In this document: piece by piece, positions 28,971 to 35,485 of the stretch
Numbering within the stretch: the first letter of the stretch is position 1
Layout: every line of letters begins with the position of its first letter
NCBI GenBank assembly: GCA_049699815.1
Contig: JBNAWO010000002.1
Location: forward strand, 1-56,038
Length of the DNA stretch: 56,038 nucleotides
Source of the DNA: Ignavibacteria bacterium
GTDB lineage: Bacteria > Bacteroidota > Ignavibacteria > Ch128b
Direction: 5' to 3'
Notes under the pieces: generated by a model
Databases searched by the model: none
Told to the model about the DNA's origin: nothing
Seen by the model: only the letters and a program-made list of their open reading frames with translations
Position numbers and translations under genes: made by a program

Positions 28971-29692
28971 TGAAAGAAGATAAAAAAGTTGTCTGGATTA
29001 CAGGCGGTTCAAGCGGTATTGGAAAAGCAATCGCCTATAACTTTGCGAAAATTAATTGCAAAGTTTATATCTCCGGAAGACGAAATTCCGAGCTGGAAAG
29101 GACAATAAAAGAGTTTTCGAAAGAAAAACTTAAGATAAAAGCTATCCCCTGTAATGTTGCTTCGGAAGTTAATGTAAGTCAGGTTGTTAAAACAATTATT
29201 CGAGATGAAGGAAAAATCGATTGCCTTGTTAATAATGCTGGAATAACTGTCTTTAAAACTTTGATCGATACATCAAATCGAGAAGCGAGAGAGATAATTG
29301 ATACGAATTTGCTTGGCGCAATTTATTGTTCTAAAAATGTTTTGCCCTATATGATTGAAAAAAAATCTGGTTTGATTATAAATATTAGTTCTTTTGCAGC
29401 AAGGAAAGTTTATCCAAAGAGCGCTGTATATTCAGCTTCTAAAGCTGGACTTGTTGCATTTGCTAATTGTTTGAGAGAAGAAGTAAGAGAGTTTGGAATT
29501 AAAGTAGTAAATATTCTTCCGGGTCCAACTGAAACTCCAATGTGGGATAAAGAGGTTAGAAAAATTGCATCAGATAAAATGATGAAACCGGATGATATCG
29601 CTCATATTGTTGTTTCTGTCTTTTTACAACCAGATTCGCTCGTTAGCGAAGAAATAGTTGTCAGACCAATTACAGGAGATTTGAATGTCTGA
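28970..29692 (+). CDS. SDR-family oxidoreductase (candidate sepiapterin/pteridine reductase)
   Basis: It uses a GTG start. It has TGGSSGIGKA, NNAG and the YSASK catalytic motif. Its placement directly after PTPS and folE suggests a pterin reductase role, which is an inference. Confidence 0.7.
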   Translation: MKEDKKVVWITGGSSGIGKAIAYNFAKINCKVYISGRRNSELERTIKEFSKEKLKIKAIPCNVASEVNVSQVVKTIIRDEGKIDCLVNNAGITVFKTLIDTSNREAREIIDTNLLGAIYCSKNVLPYMIEKKSGLIINISSFAARKVYPKSAVYSASKAGLVAFANCLREEVREFGIKVVNILPGPTETPMWDKEVRKIASDKMMKPDDIAHIVVSVFLQPDSLVSEEIVVRPITGDLNV

Positions 29693-30397
29693 TTTGCAAA
29701 ACAAAAATGTGTTTATCTCAGGTGTAAGCAAAGGAATTGGAAAAGCAATTGCATTTAAACTTGCTCAAGAAGGTTGCAACATTTTTGGAGTTTCTCGAAA
29801 TCAATCTGATCTTGATAATTTGAAAAAAGATTTATCTCAATTTAATATTCATACAAAATTTTTTGCTGCTGATGTTGGAGATTTTTACAGATTAAAAGAA
29901 ATTCTTTCAGAATTTTTATCAAAAACAAAAATTGATATTTTGGTTAACAACGCTGGAATTGGCTCCTTTAAAAATTTAATTGACTACAGTTATGAAGAAT
30001 TTGACAGATTGATTAAAACTAACCTTTATGGTATATTCAGTCTCACAAGATTAATTCTTCCCTCAATGATTGATAATCAATCTGGCGACATTGTATTTAC
30101 TTCTTCCCTTGCTGGTAAAAATCCAAATTCTGGTGGAACAGGTTATTCAGCAACAAAATTTGCATTAACAGGTTTTGCTTATTCTTTAATGTTGGAAGTC
30201 CGTCAATATATATTCGAGTTTGTCTTGTTCATCCCGGTTCAGTTGATACTGACTTAATTGGTAATTTCAATCCAAATATTAATCGAGATAAAATTTTAAA
30301 ACCTGAAGATGTTGCTGAAGGAGTACTTGCATTTTTAAAACTCCCCCGACGAGCGATGCTTTCAGAATTTGAAATTAGACCTACCAATCCAAAATAA
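29685..30397 (+). pseudogene. Second SDR-family oxidoreductase, interrupted by a 1-nt frameshift in a TA repeat
   Basis: Frame A (29685-30257) gives GVSKGIGKA...NNAG...YSATKFALTGFAYSLMLEVRQY and then nonsense. The adjacent frame from about 30212 gives IRVCLVHPGSVDTDL...LKPEDVAEGVLAFLKLPRRAMLSEFEIRPTNPK, the canonical SDR C-terminus, with its stop at 30395-30397. The shift lies in tatatat at 30207-30213. Confidence 0.75.
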
Positions 30398-30420
30398 TTT
30401 ATTTGACAAAAACCTTTTTG

Positions 30421-30470
30421 AAAAAAAAGAGCCTCACAGCAGGAGGGCACTGTGAGGCTTATGGGATTTT
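30421..30470. terminator. Bidirectional rho-independent terminator between convergent genes
   Basis: A perfect 9-bp GC-rich stem, gcctcacag (30431-30439) with ctgtgaggc (30450-30458), is flanked by an A-run upstream and T-rich sequence downstream. Confidence 0.7.
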
Positions 30471-30503
30471 TACGCAAGCAAGGAGGTTTTATGAGAACTA
30501 TTT

Positions 30504-30998
30504 TTATTTATCATCAAGCCACCAGGGACCGCAACCCATTCCACAGGGACAAAATCCAAATCCCTTTTTGAAATATTCCTTATAATATTTTCTGTCCCAG
30601 AATTTACCATCCTTGAAAAACTTACCCTGAAATTCACGGAATTTTTCTTTCTGTTTTTCATCGAGTAAGTTGAAAATATCAAACCAGTGGTTCAATCTAT
30701 CCTGATTCATTTTAGAATGTATTTCATTCATCTTATTCATTAACGACTCAATCTTTTTCTTATCAGGATTGTCCTTTCTCCATTCAGCTCTTATATCAAT
30801 ACGCATTTTTGCAAGTTCATCTCGATATTCAGACATTTTTTTCCAGTGTTGATCGCGAAGTTTTTCAAGCTGGTTAATTTGTTGATCTGTTAAGTTTAAT
30901 TTGTCATATAAATATGATCTTCGAGGTTGGGCAAAAATGCTTCCAACCAAAACAATTATCAAAAGACCGATTGTCAAGAGATTTATTTTAGGTTTCAT
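30504..30998 (-). CDS. Spy/CpxP/ZraP-family periplasmic protein (LTxxQ motif) with a Cys/Gly-rich C-terminal tail
   Basis: It has a signal peptide, the LTxxQ motif in LNLTDQQINQLEKLRDQH, and helical repeats. The tail is GFGFCPCGMGCGPWWLDDK. Confidence 0.65.
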   Translation of the reverse strand: MKPKINLLTIGLLIIVLVGSIFAQPRRSYLYDKLNLTDQQINQLEKLRDQHWKKMSEYRDELAKMRIDIRAEWRKDNPDKKKIESLMNKMNEIHSKMNQDRLNHWFDIFNLLDEKQKEKFREFQGKFFKDGKFWDRKYYKEYFKKGFGFCPCGMGCGPWWLDDK

Positions 30999-31131
30999 TT
31001 TTCTTTCTCCTTTTTATTTAATTTTCAAGAAGTTTGACAAGAGAGTTTCAGATATGGTTTAAATCTTTGTAATTCCATTAATAATGTTCGAAGAAAGATT
31101 TGACTTTTTTGGAACTATTACATTTTTTAGA

Positions 31132-31139
31132 TAGTTTTG
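31132..31139 (+). promoter_or_regulatory. Candidate -7 box TAGTTTTG upstream of def
   Basis: It matches TAnnTTTG exactly and lies 39 nt upstream of the ATG at 31178. It falls inside the 5' extension proposed by the ORF track, which argues against that extension. Confidence 0.3.
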
Positions 31140-31177
31140 GATTTGGTAAATTAAAACAAAAAACTAGGTTAATTAAG

Positions 31178-31741
31178 ATGGCTGTTTTACCAATAAATAT
31201 TTATGGTGATGAGATCCTTCGACAGAAGGCTAAGAAAGTAACCAAAGTGGATGATAAGCTTTTAAGTTTTATTGAAGATATGTTTGAGACAATGAAAAAA
31301 AGCGACGGAATTGGACTTGCTGCAACTCAAGTCGGGAAAAGAATACAGATACTTGTCGCAGACATTTCTGAAATTGAAGGTTATGAACACATAAAGCCGA
31401 TGGTTGTGATCAATCCAAAAATTTTGTTATCTGAAGGTGAATCGTCAATGGAAGAAGGCTGCTTGTCACTCCCTGGTTTGCGCGTAAATGTGAAAAGGCC
31501 AGAAAAGATTAGATTGAGATATAATGATATTGATATGAAAGAACATATTGAAGATTACGAAGGTCTAGCTGCTCGTGTTCTTCAGCACGAAATTGATCAC
31601 TTAAATGGAAAATTAATAATTGACTATTTATCCAAAACTGAAAAAGAAAAAGTAAAACCATTGCTCGATAAAATGATTAAACGAGAAATTGAGGTTCACT
31701 ATCCAATTACTGGATATCAAGTTTTAGAGAAAAGTCGTTGA
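31178..31741 (+). CDS. def: Peptide deformylase
   Basis: The motifs GIGLAATQVG, EGCLSLPG and QHEIDHLNG are present. The ATG at 31178 (MAVLPINIYGDEILR) gives a canonical N-terminus. The ORF-track start at 31100 adds 26 non-homologous residues. Confidence 0.9.
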   Translation: MAVLPINIYGDEILRQKAKKVTKVDDKLLSFIEDMFETMKKSDGIGLAATQVGKRIQILVADISEIEGYEHIKPMVVINPKILLSEGESSMEEGCLSLPGLRVNVKRPEKIRLRYNDIDMKEHIEDYEGLAARVLQHEIDHLNGKLIIDYLSKTEKEKVKPLLDKMIKREIEVHYPITGYQVLEKSR

Positions 31742-31869
31742 AAACCACTTTACATTTAGTAATAAATTGAAACTTGTTTTAGACTTTTTGAATAAGTGGT
31801 TTCTGGAAAAAGTATTAACAAATGTGAATTCTTTAATAAGCTTTACTTTAATTTTTAATTCCATTTTTA

Positions 31870-31877
31870 TATTTTTG
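31870..31877 (+). promoter_or_regulatory. Candidate -7 box TATTTTTG upstream of tRNA-Phe
   Basis: It matches TAnnTTTG exactly and lies 21 nt upstream of the mature tRNA 5' end. Confidence 0.3.
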
Positions 31878-31897
31878 CATCGGTTAATTGAAAATAT

Positions 31898-31970
31898 GGG
31901 CAGATAGCTCAGTTGGTAGAGCAATGGACTGAAAATCCATGTGTCGGCGGTTCGATTCCGTCTCTGCCCA
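31898..31970 (+). tRNA. tRNA-Phe (anticodon GAA)
   Basis: I folded the cloverleaf by hand. The acceptor stem is GGGCAGA/TCTGCCC, the D stem GCTC/GAGC and the anticodon stem ATGGA/TCCAT. The anticodon loop is CTGAAAA and the T arm is GGCGG-TTCGATT-CCGTC. Total length is 73 nt and CCA is not encoded. Confidence 0.95.
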
Positions 31971-31973
31971 CAA

Positions 31974-32000
31974 GCCCCGAACTTTCGGGGTTTTTTGTTT
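31974..32000 (+). terminator. Rho-independent terminator after tRNA-Phe
   Basis: The stem is ccccga (31975-31980) paired with tcgggg (31985-31990), with loop actt, followed by TTTTTTGTTTT. Confidence 0.8.
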
Positions 32001-32135
32001 TAAATTTCTTTGCCCCCAAAACATATAGAATATTTTCACGAATTATCTGCTTCTTTGCTATCTAAAATTGAAAGTGATTAAAATCAACTCAATATATTTA
32101 AGAATGAATTATTCTTTCAGGAACAATCAAATTCT

Positions 32136-32143
32136 TATTTTTG
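32136..32143 (+). promoter_or_regulatory. Candidate -7 box TATTTTTG
   Basis: It matches TAnnTTTG exactly, 14 nt upstream of the 32157 start and 29 nt upstream of the alternative ATG at 32172. Confidence 0.3.
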
Positions 32144-32156
32144 AAATGTAAACAAA

Positions 32157-32921
32157 ATGAAAGGAAAAATTATGGATAAAATTGCTCTAATTACTGGTGC
32201 AACAAGTGGAATTGGTAACGCAACATTAAGAAAATTTATTTCTGAAGGTTTTTTTGTAATTGGTGTTGGAAGAAATCATAAAAAATTAGATGAGATAAAA
32301 GATGAATTCAAAACTTCCGTTGATGTCTTTCGAGCCGATGTTTCTAAAAAAGAAGACAGAATTAATCTTGTTGAATATCTAAAATCAAAAAATTATGAGC
32401 TTGATGTTCTGATAAATTCAGCTGGAATTTTACGGAATGGCTCAATTGAAAACACATCACTCGACTTGTGGAATGAGATGATGGAAACAAATCTTACAGC
32501 GACATTTCATTTGATTAATCTTTGCATTCCGTTGCTTGAAAAGAAAAAAGGTGCAATCGTAAATGTTTCAAGTGTAACGGGACTCAGGAGCTTTCCAAAC
32601 ATTTTAGCCTATTGCGTGAGTAAGGCGGGAGTTGATCATTTAACAAGATGTGCTGCACTTGAACTTGCTCCAAAAGGAATTCGTGTGAATGCCGTAAATC
32701 CTGGAGTTGTTGTGACAAATTGTCACCTGAATTCAGGAATGGATCAAGAAGCTTACAATCGTTTTCTTGAGCACAGTAAAACGACTCATCCGATTGGAAG
32801 AGTAGGAAGAGCAGAAGAAATAGCTGATCTGATTTTCTTTCTTTCATCTGAAAAAGCAGGCTGGATTACTGGAGAAACAATTGCTATCGATGGTGGAAGA
32901 CATTTAACCTGTGCAAGATGA
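32157..32921 (+). CDS. SDR-family oxidoreductase (FabG-like)
   Basis: It has TGATSGIGNA, NSAG, YCVSKAG and the C-terminal ITGETIAIDGG. The start may instead be the ATG at 32172 (MDKIALITG). Confidence 0.85.
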   Translation: MKGKIMDKIALITGATSGIGNATLRKFISEGFFVIGVGRNHKKLDEIKDEFKTSVDVFRADVSKKEDRINLVEYLKSKNYELDVLINSAGILRNGSIENTSLDLWNEMMETNLTATFHLINLCIPLLEKKKGAIVNVSSVTGLRSFPNILAYCVSKAGVDHLTRCAALELAPKGIRVNAVNPGVVVTNCHLNSGMDQEAYNRFLEHSKTTHPIGRVGRAEEIADLIFFLSSEKAGWITGETIAIDGGRHLTCAR

Positions 32922-32980
32922 TTCAAACTTTTAGTCTTGAATATTTTATGTATCCTTTAAAAAATTCTGGAAATTGAAGG

Positions 32981-33880
32981 ATGAAACAAGAAGTGCTTCT
33001 TGAAACAAATTTTAAAGATCTCAAACTCTTGAAAAGAGGGAAAGTGAGAGATATTTACGATCTTGGTGAAAACTTATTGATTGTTTCAACAGATAGAATT
33101 TCAGCCTTCGATGTTGTGATGGATGATGGAATTCCATTCAAAGGAATTGTGCTCACAAAACTTTCTGAATTCTGGTTTAGATTTACCAATGAAATTATTG
33201 ATAATCATCTTATCTCTACTAATGTTGAAGAATTTCCTGAAGCTTGCAAACCTTATAGAGGTATTTTGGTCGGTCGTTCAATGCTTGTAAAAAAAACAGA
33301 TATCATTCCAATTGAAAGTGTTGTGCGTGGCTATCTTTCAGGTTCAGCTTGGGAAGAGTACAAAAAATCACAATCAATTTGTGGTGTAAAATTGCCATCG
33401 GGATTGAAAGAATCGGATAGACTACCTTATCCGATTTTTACACCTGCAACAAAAGAAGAAATAGGTAAACATGATATTAATATTACTGAAGTTGAAGCGA
33501 AAAAAATCGTCGGTGAAAAAGAAATTGATTTCATCAAACATAAAGCAATTGAAATTTACAAATCTTGCTTTGATTATGCTTTTACAAAAGGGATTATCAT
33601 TGCTGATACCAAGATGGAATTTGGTAAGATTAATGACAAAATAATTTTAATTGATGAATTGTTAACTCCTGATTCAAGTCGTTTCTGGCAGATTGAAAAG
33701 TATCAACCGGAAAAATCGCAGGAGAGTCTGGACAAACAATTTCTGAGAGATTATTTAATCGACATAAATTTTAATCGTCAGCCACCACCGCCAAAATTAC
33801 CAGATGAAATCATTAAAAAGACAAGTGAAAAGTATCTTGAAATCTATGAGATAATCACTGGCGAAAAATTAAAAGTTTGA
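32981..33880 (+). CDS. purC: Phosphoribosylaminoimidazole-succinocarboxamide (SAICAR) synthase
   Basis: The motifs GKVRDIYD, LLIVSTDRISAFD, VRGYLSGS, IIADTKMEFG and LTPDSSRFW are present. Confidence 0.95.
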   Translation: MKQEVLLETNFKDLKLLKRGKVRDIYDLGENLLIVSTDRISAFDVVMDDGIPFKGIVLTKLSEFWFRFTNEIIDNHLISTNVEEFPEACKPYRGILVGRSMLVKKTDIIPIESVVRGYLSGSAWEEYKKSQSICGVKLPSGLKESDRLPYPIFTPATKEEIGKHDINITEVEAKKIVGEKEIDFIKHKAIEIYKSCFDYAFTKGIIIADTKMEFGKINDKIILIDELLTPDSSRFWQIEKYQPEKSQESLDKQFLRDYLIDINFNRQPPPPKLPDEIIKKTSEKYLEIYEIITGEKLKV

Positions 33881-33893
33881 TATTTAATTTTTT

Positions 33894-35259
33894 TCAAGAC
33901 TCCATAAACTCAATTAAATCATATCTAGTAATTATGTCAATAATACGACCGAACTCACTAACTAAAACAGCATAATCTTTTTTAAGATGTTCTTTAACTT
34001 CTTCAATACTTGTTTTTGAATCAAGGACCTGAAGTGATTCATCCATTAAATCTTTAACTGAGGAATTTTTCAAATCAGGATTATCGATAAGTTTCATCAA
34101 CAATCTATTTTCTCGAATTACGCCAATTGACTTTTTATTTTCAATCACAGGCAGATTAGAGAAACCGCTGGATTCAATCAACTCAAGTGCTTTTACAATT
34201 TTATCGTTCGGATTTAAAGATACAAGTATGTGATAACCTTTTGATTTTTTTTATATCAGAAAGATCTTTTAGTGTTTTTGGTTTATCGAAATAAATTCTG
34301 TGTTCTCTTAACCAGTCGTTATTGTAAAGTTTTGATAAATATCTTTCACCAGTATCGCAAACAATAAAAACAATCAAATCTTTTTCAGAAAGATTTTCAG
34401 CAATTTTCAGAGCAGCGTAAAGATTTGTTCCGGTACTTCCACCGGCAAAAATTCCCTCTTCTCTTGTTAATCTTCGTGCAGTTAAAAAAGAATCTCTATC
34501 GCTTACATTTATGATTTCGTCAATAACATTAAAATCAACATTTTCAGGAATGCAATCCTGTCCAATTCCTTCAACAAGATATGGCGAGCCTTTTGTAACT
34601 TCACCGGTTTCTTTGTAATTCTTAAAGATTGAACCGAAAGGATCAGCTGCAATAACTTTTATGTCAGGATTTTTCTCTTTTAGAAATTTTCCCGTTCCAC
34701 TTATTGTTCCGCCCGTTCCAATTCCAGAAACGAAGTGAGTTATTTTTCCATCAGTTTGATTCCATATCTCTGGTCCTGTGGTTTTGTAGTGTATTTCAGG
34801 GTTTGATTTGTTTGAATATTGATAAGCAAAAAATGAATTTGGTATCTCGTTGCTGAGTCTTCTTGCAACATTAACATAATAATCGGGATCATCAGGTTCG
34901 AGCATTTTTGGAACTACAATTACCTCGGCTCCAAAAGCTTTTAAATAATTTATTTTTTCATTGCTGACTTTATCTGTAACAACAAAAATGCATCTGTAAC
35001 CTTTGACAGCAGCAGCAAGTGCAAGTCCAATCCCAGTATTTCCGCTTGTAGCTTCGATAATTGTTCCGCCAGGTTTTAATAATCCTTTCTTCTCAGCGTC
35101 TTCAATCATTGCAATTCCAATTCTATCTTTAACGCTACCACCTGGATTTGCCGATTCAAGTTTTGCAAATATTTGAGGTTTCAATCCACGATTAATTTTA
35201 TTCAAACGAATTAATGGTGTGTTTCCAATTTGTTCGAGAATGTTTCTCTTATAAATCAT
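33894..35259 (-). pseudogene. Cystathionine beta-synthase-like enzyme (PLP CysK/CBS fold plus CBS-domain pair), split by a frameshift in an 8-nt homopolymer
   Basis: The upstream ORF (34201-35259) has the PLP motifs [22 protein letters not shown] and [10 protein letters not shown]. Removing one base from the T8 run at 34245-34252 (A8 on the coding strand) continues it as ...[51 protein letters not shown]..., a CBS-domain region identical to the 33894-34181 ORF. Confidence 0.75.
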
Positions 35260-35485
35260 AATCTTAATTCCTACTCTCGATATTTTGAAATGTTTGTTTT
35301 CGATTGGAAAGAATTTGTATTAAAGTAACTCTATAAGTGAAATTTAAGAAAGGTATTGAATGAATTAAAGGTTATTATTTTTGTTTTAAAAGTCTTTGGT
35401 TTTGAGTTCTGGTTTAAATCAATTAAGGAAATATTTTCCTGTTTTTATTGACTTTCAAAAATCTATGTAATATTATAGCTGACAA

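Noticed and set aside
31100-31177. A 26-codon N-terminal extension of peptide deformylase.
   Set aside because: Deformylases begin close to the MAVLPI... sequence. The extension also contains a candidate -7 promoter box at 31132-31139.
31742-31802. A 9-bp inverted repeat, aaaccactt / aagtggttt, starts right after the def stop and has a 43-nt loop.
   Set aside because: The stem is short and the loop large. No U-tract follows and no start codon or RBS is involved, so it could be chance. It is worth rechecking only if transcript ends map here.
31724-31924. A 66-aa minus-strand ORF (MLYQLSYLPIF...).
   Set aside because: Its 5' part is the reverse complement of tRNA-Phe; YQLSYLP is the classic tRNA antisense artefact. 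The rest covers the def-tRNA spacer.
35260-35485. A possible SAM/Met riboswitch or T-box leader upstream of the cystathionine beta-synthase-like gene, and likewise upstream of metG at 11868-12130.
   Set aside because: Both regions are uniformly AT-rich. I could see no GC-rich conserved helices or the characteristic SAM-I, SAM-II or T-box sequence blocks. An Infernal/Rfam scan would be needed to exclude them formally.
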